From: Limnochordia bacterium
GTDB lineage: Bacteria > Bacillota > Limnochordia > DTU080
NCBI GenBank assembly: GCA_050951545.1
Contig: JBMNJG010000015.1
Location: 1-42,741 of the forward strand
Direction of reading: 5' to 3'
DNA: 42,741 bases
Part shown: in pieces, positions 8,527 through 18,600 of the stretch
Layout of the letters: every line of letters begins with the position of its first letter
Numbering within the stretch: the first letter of the stretch is position 1
Made by a program: the position numbers and the translations under genes
The notes under the pieces: generated by a model
Told to the model about the DNA's origin: nothing
Databases searched by the model: none
What the model saw: the letters and a program-made list of their open reading frames with translations, nothing else

Positions 8527-11500
8527 ATGATCTTGGCATCTGTGTTAGATTCGTGTGAGCCTAGACCAGAGATCTTGAGGGGCACCTTTAACCCTGAAGT
8601 GTTTACGGCCTCGCTCAGTCCGGTACTGGAGTATTACCGAAGCGGAAGGCGAGGCATAGACGAGGTATATACTGACGCTGAGGTGTTTTTTGCTGAAGCC
8701 ACCGTTCCCACCCAAGGCCTTCGGACCACCCTCAGTGAAGTCTTTGCCAGGCTCGCAGGCGATGTGTCGGTGCCGGCCATCCACCGCTTGGAAACGGCCT
8801 TTGGCGGGGGAAAGACACACACGCTCATTGCCTGCGTGCACATTGCCATGCGAGGGAAGGAACTCCGAAACGTCACCGGGGACCTCGTTGACGAACGCCT
8901 TCTGCCTCTCCCCGGATCGGTGGCCGTGGTCGGTATTGCTGGTGACCAGATTCCGGTACATAGGCCGCAGGGCGATGCTCTTGTTCCGTATACCCTCTGG
9001 GGTGAGATTGCCTATCAGGTAGGCGGCGATGATCTCTATAACGAGGTTCTGGAAGAGGCCACGTCTCACGCGGCTCCCGGCGATGTGTATTTCAGAAAAG
9101 TGTTTGGCCAGCGTAAGGCGCTGATCATGCTCGACGAGTTGGCGCAATATGCGGCTCGTCTTGAGGCAGCGCGCTCCGATGGCGCCAGCCAGTTGGCCGC
9201 CTTTCTCATGTCTCTTCACGGATATGCCCGGACGCACCCAGGGGTGGCTGTCGTGTTAACCCTGGCGAGTGCATCGGATGCCTTTGCCAAGCAGACAGAG
9301 CACCTCGCAGCCCTCGTCAGTGAGGTCCGTGGTGAGGAGACTAGCGAAAGTGACGCTTTAGGCATCGGCGAGCACGCCGTGAGGGGCGTAGCCAGTGTTG
9401 TGGCCCGAGACGCGGTGCAGGTGACACCAGTGATGGCCAATGAGATCTCAGCAGTCCTTGCCAAAAGGCTTTTCAAGTCAATCGATGCTGAAGCGGCCAA
9501 ACAGACGGCGGATCTTTACATGGACATGTATGAGCGCAATGCCGAATCGTTGCCTGATGTGGCGACCAACGCCAACTCCCGGGACCGGATGATTGCTCAC
9601 TATCCTTTTCACCCGACGCTTGTCGATTTTCTCAACTTCAAGCTGTCCGAAGCAGAGAATTTTCAGGGAACACGCGGTGTGCTTCGCGTACTATCTTTGG
9701 CGGTACGCAGCCTATGGCAGAAGCAACAGGCGGTGCCAATGATCCATGCCTGCCACCTCGATATGCGTTCCGATCGGGTGGTCGACGAAATCCTGGGCCG
9801 GACAAGCAGCCCTGACTTGCTTGTCGCTCTCAACGCCGATATCGGTAGTGTTGATACGGAACGCCTCGCAGAGGCCACAAGTAACGCCGAGATGGCTGAT
9901 GCACGGAATCCGCATCCCGAGGGTTTTTCGATGTATGAGTATAGCTGGAAGACAGTCTTTTTCCACAGCCTTGTCGGCAGGGCCGACGGAATCACCTCTA
10001 ATCTTTTTGGCTTGACCGAGTCCGACGCGCTGTATGCCACCTCGTTTCCGGGCCTCACGCCGCCGCAAGTGCGAATCGCGTTGGAGGAGATCCCGAGGAG
10101 TGCCTTCTACTTGCGTTTTGCGGATGGCAAGTACTTTGCCAGTGATGAACCGACCATCAACAGTGTGTTGGCCCGCATTCGGCGCACCGTGCGGGGCAAG
10201 GAAATTGACGATTTGGTTGATCAGGCGACGGGGAAAATCCTCCAGGGTGCGGCAGGGGGTTTCTCGATCGAGAACTTCATCTCGCAACCTGAGCACATAC
10301 CCGACGGCAAGGGGCGGCCCGTATTGGGGGTTGTTTCTGTAGGGGCTGAGACGATCAGTGTCGAGGAAATGCTGACGACTGTCGGGTTTAACCGGCCCCG
10401 TCTAGAGCAGAACGTGGTGTTGCTGTTGGTCCCGACGACTGTCACCGTCAAGGATGATCAAGCGCAGGGATCGCTGACGATAGGGGCACATACGAGCCGT
10501 GGCGAGGAGGCACACGAGCGGATTAGGCGTATTGCTCGTGAAGTGAGGGCTTTACGCCTTTTGGCGAGTGATCCACAGAAGTACGGAATCAGCCATCGGC
10601 AACTTCAGGACCCGGAATTCCAGAACATGCGTTCTGAACGAGAACAAGCTCTCCATACGGCGGTGGCGGGGGCCTACTCGCGCCTGTTCTTCGCTTCCGC
10701 GTCAGGTGGTATCGTTGAACGGGAAATCCGGACTGCAGGTGGCGAAGGCGGTGCTCCCTTTATCCAAACCATTCGTGAGATGCTTATCGCCGAAGGAGAG
10801 CTCCTGACGCCCGAGCATACGACTCGCTCAGACGTGATGAATGCGACCAAGTTGTTTTTCGCGGACCATGACGTCATCTCTTTGCAGGAGTTGCGCCGCA
10901 GGTTCCTGTCGTATAGGGACTGGCCAATGCTTGAGAACGCGAGTGTGCTTGAACCACTTATCAGAGCCGGTGCGAGCCAGGGTGCGTGGTATGTTTACCG
11001 GATGGGTGAACAAGGGTCTTCACGGCCTGAGGAGATATACGGTGGCGAAACGGATGTGCCAATGAGCGCTAACCTCATGCAAGGTGATTATTCCATTGTT
11101 TCAGCCGCAGGTGCAAAACAACGCGGTTGGCTCGAAGAACCGGGCGTGAGCGTTGAAGAGATTGAGCGTGACATCGTCAATGCCTTAGACGTAGCCGGCA
11201 TTAGCACTGTACAACAGGTGAAGGAAGTTGTGGAAGGCAAATACGGGGAGCTACCGCAGGACCTTGTGGAGTCAGCCGTGGCGGGGGTCGTGAGACGGGG
11301 CAGGCTGATAACCTATCAGGGCAGCAAGGAGCAAGACAGCAAGCCGGAGCTCATTTCGGGCGTCGAGGCCATAGCGCACGTTCCTCACGCAGATGACGTC
11401 CTGGTCACCCGACAGGAAGCGGAGGCCCGGGGTTGGATGTCCACGCGCCGCGATCAGCTGGTGCTATCCGGCCACGAGGGAGCAGCGGTCCTGCGCGGCA

Positions 11501-11790
11501 TTATCCCGAGACTAGGCAGTATCTACAATCGAGGGGCGACGACGACGATCGATAGCTTGGATGTCGGCGAGATCGCCTTGCCTGGTGGTGGCATGCTCAG
11601 TGTTCACTTGCAGCAGGTGACTCCGGACGACATGAAGGCACTCGCCGAGTTGTTTGAAGTGCTCGGTGCCGTCATGAGTCAGGGCGAATTACAGGAGACC
11701 TTTCTTTCCATAGAGCAGCCCGATGATGGCTGTCCGTTTGTGGCCGAAGTGAAGAAGATGCGGGGCGAGAGATGTTCACATGAGGAATAA
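8527..11790 (+). CDS. DUF499-family AAA+ ATPase (restriction-like system component A)
   Basis: LETAFGGGKTH Walker A, LIMLDE Walker B, TLWGEIAYQ, YPFHP, FQGTRGVLR motifs. Start placed at the ATG after a G7 RBS (ORF track start is 8503). Confidence 0.9.
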   Translation: MILASVLDSCEPRPEILRGTFNPEVFTASLSPVLEYYRSGRRGIDEVYTDAEVFFAEATVPTQGLRTTLSEVFARLAGDVSVPAIHRLETAFGGGKTHTLIACVHIAMRGKELRNVTGDLVDERLLPLPGSVAVVGIAGDQIPVHRPQGDALVPYTLWGEIAYQVGGDDLYNEVLEEATSHAAPGDVYFRKVFGQRKALIMLDELAQYAARLEAARSDGASQLAAFLMSLHGYARTHPGVAVVLTLASASDAFAKQTEHLAALVSEVRGEETSESDALGIGEHAVRGVASVVARDAVQVTPVMANEISAVLAKRLFKSIDAEAAKQTADLYMDMYERNAESLPDVATNANSRDRMIAHYPFHPTLVDFLNFKLSEAENFQGTRGVLRVLSLAVRSLWQKQQAVPMIHACHLDMRSDRVVDEILGRTSSPDLLVALNADIGSVDTERLAEATSNAEMADARNPHPEGFSMYEYSWKTVFFHSLVGRADGITSNLFGLTESDALYATSFPGLTPPQVRIALEEIPRSAFYLRFADGKYFASDEPTINSVLARIRRTVRGKEIDDLVDQATGKILQGAAGGFSIENFISQPEHIPDGKGRPVLGVVSVGAETISVEEMLTTVGFNRPRLEQNVVLLLVPTTVTVKDDQAQGSLTIGAHTSRGEEAHERIRRIAREVRALRLLASDPQKYGISHRQLQDPEFQNMRSEREQALHTAVAGAYSRLFFASASGGIVEREIRTAGGEGGAPFIQTIREMLIAEGELLTPEHTTRSDVMNATKLFFADHDVISLQELRRRFLSYRDWPMLENASVLEPLIRAGASQGAWYVYRMGEQGSSRPEEIYGGETDVPMSANLMQGDYSIVSAAGAKQRGWLEEPGVSVEEIERDIVNALDVAGISTVQQVKEVVEGKYGELPQDLVESAVAGVVRRGRLITYQGSKEQDSKPELISGVEAIAHVPHADDVLVTRQEAEARGWMSTRRDQLVLSGHEGAAVLRGIIPRLGSIYNRGATTTIDSLDVGEIALPGGGMLSVHLQQVTPDDMKALAELFEVLGAVMSQGELQETFLSIEQPDDGCPFVAEVKKMRGERCSHEE

Positions 11791-12388
11791 CACCGAGGTG
11801 CACAACGGTGCACAGCCGAAATACACAAAACGCGTTATTGCCATGACACGCGTCTCCCCTTGGGTGCTAAGGGTGACAGAGCACAAGGGTAAACCAGCCC
11901 CTGTGTTCATTATTAAGGAGCGCTTTTTACTCGATCCCCAGGGGCAGGAGGAAAACAGTAAGCCCCCGAAACCGGTGCTTCGCGATCGGGGCTTGATCTA
12001 CGGAGAGGCCCTGCGGCGCTGTCTGCCGGTGATACGGAGCATTGTCGGTGAGGTGCGCGACGAGGCTGGTATCCCACTTGAACTGCAGCAGTTTATCCCG
12101 ACGGGGCGCATCACGTTTCGGGGCAATCTGCCTCTAGATGCGGAGGCTGGCACCAAGCTCGCCCTCATGTTCAAACTACAGGAACGTCTGGAAAACATGG
12201 ACCGGGTGGAACTGATTGCGTGGCGTGTCCACCGCTTTACGCGCGAGGAAGCCGAGTATTGGCGAACCCGCTCAACTCAGTATGGCCGTACGGGAAATCG
12301 GTGGGCTATTGTAGGCATGCGGACCATGCTTGGCGGTCAATCTGGCGATCCACACATCCAGCAGATGCTCGATAGGCTCAAGCAGTAG
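11780..12388 (+). CDS. Small accessory protein of the DUF499/DUF1156 operon (occupies the DUF3780 slot)
   Basis: Overlaps the ATPase stop; C-terminal RVELIAWRVHRFTREEAEYW...NRWAIVGMRTMLGG motif. Family identity not confirmed. Confidence 0.7.
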   Translation: MRNNTEVHNGAQPKYTKRVIAMTRVSPWVLRVTEHKGKPAPVFIIKERFLLDPQGQEENSKPPKPVLRDRGLIYGEALRRCLPVIRSIVGEVRDEAGIPLELQQFIPTGRITFRGNLPLDAEAGTKLALMFKLQERLENMDRVELIAWRVHRFTREEAEYWRTRSTQYGRTGNRWAIVGMRTMLGGQSGDPHIQQMLDRLKQ

Positions 12389-12417
12389 GTGAGTACGCGC
12401 CGGAGGGATGGCGAACG

Positions 12418-13983
12418 ATGATCAATGCAGTTCGTGGTACTAGGGTTTCTGACACCCGCTTGATTGAGGCGGGTTTTCCATGCCACCAAGTGGGCGCAGA
12501 GACGCAGAGGGAGCGTGGAGCCAGCTCAGCACTTCCACCGCTGTATTTCCTCCATGTATGGTGGGCCAGACGTCCCTTGACACCCAGCCGGGCCGCGATC
12601 CTGGGCTCCCTTCTGCCAGCGGATACCGATCCGGACTGGTTTCTGCGAGAGTTGGGCATCGAAAAGGTCCAAGCGATGGTTGGGGATGTGCCGTGGACTC
12701 TTGGGAATCGTTTAATCGGACGAATTGTGCTGACGGATACCGGCGACGAGATACTACCAGTCGACGCTGTCGTGGGTCGGGCGTTTCAGAATGAGCAGAT
12801 CCGGCGCACAAGAAACCTGCAGATGATTCGCGAGATCAAAGCCGCTGATCCCACGAAGGCCCAGGACTTAATCCTTTCGCGGTGGGCTGCTGAGAATAGG
12901 CCCTTCCGTGTCGTAGACGTGGCTGCAAGGGAGTATTTGCCCATCGTCAGAGTGGCTGGTGATCCCGATTGGGCTCAACAACGGATCGCATGGGAATCGG
13001 AACACGGCTTACGTACCCCCGATGACAAATATGGTTACTCGAGAGCATTTGGCCAAGCGAAGAGCTGCACATTACCCAGAACCGAGAGAAAGGTCGTCTT
13101 AGATTGCACGGCGGGGGGGGGATCAATCCCCTTCGAAGCACTGCGACTCGGGCACAACGTGATTGCCAACGACTTGAACCCGGTGGCGGCGGTGATTCTG
13201 CATGCTACGCTGGATTACCCTGCCCGATTCGGAGCGGAACTCGCTGATGACATCGAATGCTGGGGCAGCCTTCTTCGGTGTGAAATGGTTCGAGAGATCG
13301 GGGGTTTGTTCGTTCCATCCCAGTTGGTGGGCGACGAGCGGACGGTTTTGGAACAGCACCTGTGTAACACACCACGGCTAATAGGTGAGTTTTGCGCTGA
13401 AGAGCTAGATGGCTACCTCTACACCCGCCAAGTCACCTGTCCCCACTGCGGTGGGGAAGCGCCACTCCTCAACACCTGCTGGCTCTCCAAGTCGGGCGAT
13501 AAATGGGGTGTGCGCATTGTAACCGATGGCAAACCCCGAGGCGGTAAGGTGTCCTTCCAGACCTACCGTATCAAGGGCTCTCGGGGACCTACCGGCGAGA
13601 ATCCGGACATGGCGACAGTAGCCAGCGCTGTTGGGACTTGCATACATTGCCGCCAAGCCATCTCCGCAGATGAGATCAAGGCCCAAGCCAGAGGTGAAAG
13701 CCCGCACGGCACGTGGCAGGACCGGCTTTACTGCGTCGTGGCTGAGCGTTATCAACCCAAGTTGGACAAGAACGGCCAACCCGAACGCTACAAATCAGGT
13801 GAACGCAAAGGCGAGATCAAGACCGAAAAGATCCGTTTCTTCCGCCCACCCAACGAAACTGATCTAGAGGCCCTTGAGGAAGCAGAAAAGCGACTGAAAG
13901 CCCGCTGGCCTGAATGGGAACGACAAGGGCTCATTCCTGTCGGAGAAGATCCCGGGAAGGTCATAAGACCGTTGAGCCTCTGA
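12418..13983 (+). CDS. DUF1156 Zn-ribbon adenine DNA methyltransferase, N-terminal part (frameshifted at ~13939-13956)
   Basis: LIEAGFP, LHVWWARRPL (DUF1156), SAM-binding DCTAGGGSIPFEA..ANDLNPVA, CPHCG and CIHC Zn ribbon. Confidence 0.85.
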   Translation: MINAVRGTRVSDTRLIEAGFPCHQVGAETQRERGASSALPPLYFLHVWWARRPLTPSRAAILGSLLPADTDPDWFLRELGIEKVQAMVGDVPWTLGNRLIGRIVLTDTGDEILPVDAVVGRAFQNEQIRRTRNLQMIREIKAADPTKAQDLILSRWAAENRPFRVVDVAAREYLPIVRVAGDPDWAQQRIAWESEHGLRTPDDKYGYSRAFGQAKSCTLPRTERKVVLDCTAGGGSIPFEALRLGHNVIANDLNPVAAVILHATLDYPARFGAELADDIECWGSLLRCEMVREIGGLFVPSQLVGDERTVLEQHLCNTPRLIGEFCAEELDGYLYTRQVTCPHCGGEAPLLNTCWLSKSGDKWGVRIVTDGKPRGGKVSFQTYRIKGSRGPTGENPDMATVASAVGTCIHCRQAISADEIKAQARGESPHGTWQDRLYCVVAERYQPKLDKNGQPERYKSGERKGEIKTEKIRFFRPPNETDLEALEEAEKRLKARWPEWERQGLIPVGEDPGKVIRPLSL

Positions 13984-15647
13984 GAGTGGGCATGACCCGC
14001 TGGTGCGATATGTTTACCCCGCGTCAACTACTGGGCCACGTGACCCTTATTGAGGAGCTCAATCGGCTAAAGCCAGAGATCATGAAAAAGCACGGTGAGG
14101 AACGCGGCCGGGCCATCGTGACCTACCTGCAGTTTGCCATTGATAAGGGTGTGGACTATAACAGCCGGCAGACAAGGTGGCACTACAGTCGCGGGGTTCT
14201 CGTAAACACATTTGGCCGTCACGACTTCTCAGTGAAGTGGACTTTCGGCGAGATGATCTTTACTGGCCCGAACTCAGGTGCGGCGTGGGGCTTGTCACAG
14301 GTGGTCGATGCCTATAGAGGCATTGCGAGTCTTGTCGAACGTGTTCATGACTCATCAGGTGGCGAGGCTCCTCCTGTCAATATCCGTTGCGGCACGGCCG
14401 CACATACCGGGCTGGTAGACAAGTCGGTTGATCTCGTATGTTTCGACCCGCCATACTACAATAACGTCCAGTACGCCGAGCTATCCGATTACTTCTACGT
14501 CTGGCAACGGCGCACGCTCAGCGACCTCTATCCCGATGTGTTCCAGCGTAGGTTAACAAATAAAGGCGAGGAAGCTGTGGCTAATCCAGTTCGCGATGGT
14601 TCGACGCGCAAGGCGACCGAGCGCTATGAGCAGATGATGGGCGAGATATTTGCCGAATGTGAGCGTGTCCTCAAGGACCATGGTGTCATGACAGTGATGT
14701 TTACTCACCGGACTCAAGAGGCTTGGGAAGCGCTGACTCGCTCCCTCATTGAAAGCGGTTGGTCCATCACCTCTACGATGCCTGTTGAGTCGGAGGCTGC
14801 ATCCTCCATTCATCAGATGAATAGGGCCGCTGCAGCCAGCTCCATCTTCATCACGTGCCGCAAGCGCGACGCAGCCAATGACATGCCAGCCACGTGGACA
14901 GGCTTTGGTGGCACTGGCGTAGCTCAGCGGGTGCGAGAAGCTGTGCGGCAAGGGCTTAACGATTTTTCTGCACTCAATCTGAACCCCGTCGATGAGATGA
15001 TCGCCGGCTATGGTCGGGCTCTGCACGTCTTGTCCGAAAACTGGCCTGTCTATGACGGGGATGATCCGGTCAGCCCTGTGCGGGCCATGAGCGAGGCTAG
15101 TGCTGTGGTAGCTCAGTATCAAATCGAGCGTCTCACCCAGGGGCGGCTTCATGTGGCTGATCTAAGCTCCGAGGCTGCTATGAGCCTGACGCTATTTGGC
15201 ATCTTCGGGCTCAGTGACATTCCCTACGACGAGGTACTCAACTTGTCTCGTTCTCTTGGCATCAGCCTCGAAGATCGATCGGGTGGCTATGAAGCAAAAG
15301 AGGCCAGGATCGGGATCAACGCTGCAGTCCGAGGGCGGCAGCGCGCTGGCGATGGTGAAGTCGGGTATCATGCCCCGCTCATCAAACAGGGTTCCAAGAT
15401 TCGCCTTAGCTTGCCGGAACAGCGTCACGCATCTCGCCTTGACGCCCCGCAGTCAGAATGGGACGTGTTACATGGAGTCATTCGAGGCTATAGGCGGGGC
15501 GATATCCCCGTGGCCCGGGCCTATCTCAATGAGCACGCCGCGGGGCGTGAGCAGGTGATTATCGATTTGCTGGCGGTGTGGGCGGCTGAGATCACCGATG
15601 AGCGGTTACGCAAAGAAGCGAATGCTCTGTTGTTTGGCCTTAAGTAA
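13914..15647 (+). CDS. DUF1156 adenine DNA methyltransferase, C-terminal part with catalytic DPPY
   Basis: DMFTPRQL, FDPPYYNNVQYAELSDYFYVW, VMFTH...AWEAL. Real coding continuation starts at ~13956 (EGHKTVEPLRVG). Confidence 0.85.
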   Translation: MGTTRAHSCRRRSREGHKTVEPLRVGMTRWCDMFTPRQLLGHVTLIEELNRLKPEIMKKHGEERGRAIVTYLQFAIDKGVDYNSRQTRWHYSRGVLVNTFGRHDFSVKWTFGEMIFTGPNSGAAWGLSQVVDAYRGIASLVERVHDSSGGEAPPVNIRCGTAAHTGLVDKSVDLVCFDPPYYNNVQYAELSDYFYVWQRRTLSDLYPDVFQRRLTNKGEEAVANPVRDGSTRKATERYEQMMGEIFAECERVLKDHGVMTVMFTHRTQEAWEALTRSLIESGWSITSTMPVESEAASSIHQMNRAAAASSIFITCRKRDAANDMPATWTGFGGTGVAQRVREAVRQGLNDFSALNLNPVDEMIAGYGRALHVLSENWPVYDGDDPVSPVRAMSEASAVVAQYQIERLTQGRLHVADLSSEAAMSLTLFGIFGLSDIPYDEVLNLSRSLGISLEDRSGGYEAKEARIGINAAVRGRQRAGDGEVGYHAPLIKQGSKIRLSLPEQRHASRLDAPQSEWDVLHGVIRGYRRGDIPVARAYLNEHAAGREQVIIDLLAVWAAEITDERLRKEANALLFGLK

Positions 15648-15671
15648 GCACACAGCGGGAGGGGTGAGGTC

Positions 15672-18600
15672 GTGAGTACCGATCTAGAAGGGCTTAGGTC
15701 GCACGACTGGGCCACGGAATACCGCACATCATCTGGGAGATCATCTGATCAGCCGCTTAACATATTGCACGAATTCTACGTCCCCGCGTTAAGATTGGCG
15801 AGCAGCTACGATCGGGTGGCGGGCTACTTCCGCTCCTCATCGCTAGCCGCTGCCTCACAGGGGTTCTCTGCTTTTGTTGATCACGGGGGAAAGATGCGGT
15901 TGATCGTCGGGGCGGATCTTGACGTAGAGGATGTTCGGGCCATTATCGCCGGGGATGAAGCTCGACTGGCCAGGCGGCTCAATGATGAGCTTACCCCAAA
16001 AACGCCATGGCCTGAAAACGTGCGGAACGGCGTCACGCTTCTGTCGTGGATGGTGGCCCACGCCTACCTGGAGGTCAAAGTCGCGCTACGAGTACACGGC
16101 ACGACTCGTGAGCCTCTACCCTTCGACTCGTCCGATGATGGCTATGTGCACGAGAAATGGCTTGTACTTCGTGACCGAGCGGGTCAAAGAATCGCGGCCA
16201 CGGGATCGCTCAATGAATCCCAAACGGCCTTGGTGACCAACGCCGAAAACTTGGTCGTCTTTTGCGATTGGGACGAGGGCAAGGATAAAGAGCGCGTAAG
16301 AAGATTCGAGGCCGACTTCGAGATTCTCTGGGCAGATGCACACCGTCATTTGCGCGTGTTGCCTCTGCCAAGGGCTGTAGAAGAGAGGCTGATACGCTTT
16401 AGTGAAGGTGTGGAGTCTCCTGTAGAGATCGATGGCACCACCGCGAGCCCAGAGGTGGTACCAGTCGCGAGTGAGCCCTCCACCATGGAGAGGTTGCGTT
16501 TTGCCGTTACCCGGGATGCACCGAAAATGCCTGGTGGTCGCTATGTAGGCCTGGAAACCGCTCCTGTTGAGCCTTGGCCTCATCAGACGATGGTGGTCAG
16601 GCGCCTAATCGACACCTGGCCGTATGCCTATCTGCTGTGTGATGAAGTGGGTCTGGGAAAGACCATCGAGGCGGGGCTGGCATTTCGTTCTTTGTACCTA
16701 TCGGGGATTGTACAGCGCATCTTAGTGGCGGCTCCAGCGAGCCTTACGCACCAGTGGCAGCGTCAAATGGCTACGAAAATGCTTCTTCCTTTCGGTCGGG
16801 CTGTGGCAGCGCCGAACACGCGGCATGAATACATCTTCCCGGACGAAGTGTCTGTACCAGCGACGTCTCTTTATGATGCGGATCTCATCGTCATATCCAC
16901 AGGTCTTTTGGCTCGTGAGGAGCGCGCCAGAGCTCTAGGATCTGCAAGGCCCTTTGACATTGTCTTGGTGGATGAGGCTCATGCGGCGCGCCGGCAAAAC
17001 TCAACCAAGGGTACGCGGGCCCACCCCGAATACGGGCAACTCTACAGGGCCATTCGCGATTACGTCAAACCAGCAGCAAAGAGCCTGTGGCTAGCCACGG
17101 CTACACCAATGCAGTTGCATCCCGTTGAGGTGAGTGACCTGATCGCTCTTACCGACCGGGTGGGGGCCTACCAGTTTGATCCGACACTAACGCTAGGTTA
17201 CTATGAGATTCTTGGCAAGCTTGTTCGGGATGGTGAACTCAACCAGAGCGAATGGAGCTTTCTCCAGCGTTCGACCAAGACCCTCCAAGTGCTCGATCCG
17301 TTTTTGTGGAAATATATCGAAGATAATGTAATAGATGGCCGATCACGCATGGCGATAACCAAATGGCTTGACCACGGGATAACACCGAAACGTCACGAAT
17401 GCAAACTGATGAAACGGGTGATATTTGCCTCAGCGCCGCTTTCCCGGGTGATGCTACGCCACACTCGCCCTTTACTTGAAATCTACCAGAAACGAGGCGA
17501 ACTCAGGCAGAACCTGGCCAAACGCCACATCCTGCACATGCCCACGATTGGCTTCACTCTGTTGGAAAAGCAAGCCTATGACGATTTGGAAGCGTATGTG
17601 GTCGGTCTCAACGAACAGCTGGCTCGGCATGGAGATCCCCAAACTCGCAACATGATGCAGTTTTTCCTCAGCTTTATGCGGTTGCGATTTGCTTCGAGCT
17701 TGTTTGCTATTAAGGAGACGCTAAAGAGGCGTCTGGAGAAGGTCAATGCAACCCTAGCCAGGGGAGACCTTACCCTCTCGATGGACAGTGAGCGCGAGAT
17801 GGAAGGTTGGGTCTTGCAGTATGAAGACGAAGATGATCAAGATGCTGTTGATTCCTTACTGAAGGGTCGCCAGACTGCTGATCTCCTTTGGGAAGAAGAA
17901 CGCCTAAAAGTCATGTTACAGCACCTTGGCCAAGCGGAATTGGATGTCTCATCAAAGATGAGTGAGCTCTTCGGATGGCTTGAGGAACGCAAAGATCAGT
18001 CCTCTGGTCGCATCGAACAAACCGTGATATTCACTCGCTTTTATGACACGCTCACCGACATTGTACGGCGTCTGCGTTTCAAGGATTCTGAGATGAGAAT
18101 CGGCACGTATTCGGGGCGAGGGGCTGGGTTCTTGGATCCCCATACGCGGCAGATGGTTGGCTTAACTCGAGAAGCGGTAAAGGAGCTGTTTTTGCGCGGC
18201 GAAATCGACGTGTTGGTATGTACCGATGCTGCCGCCGAAGGTCTTAACCTACAGACGGCGGATCTGCTCGTCAACTTTGATCTCGGCTGGAATCCGATGA
18301 AAGTGGAGCAGCGTATTGGTCGCATTGATAGAATTGGGCAGCGGCACGCTGACATTTATGTGTTGAATCTCTGTTATGCGGAGAGCGCTGAAGCCACCGT
18401 ATATGGCCGTTTGTGGGAACGTCTTCAAGAAGCACATACGGTGGTTGGGAGCCAGCAAGCGTCTGTCTTGCCCATCACAGCGGAGCATTTCCAGCAACTG
18501 ACTGAGGGTGAGTTGACGGCTGAAGAGCTCATGCAAGAAGCCGAAGCGGCACTCGCCGAGCAACAGCGACGTACGGCGAGCATGGAAATGTCACCCGATG

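Noticed and set aside
8545-15152. Long antisense ORFs (e.g. 8545-9237, 9712-10296, 14553-15152)
   Set aside because: Shadows of well-supported genes in GC-rich DNA.
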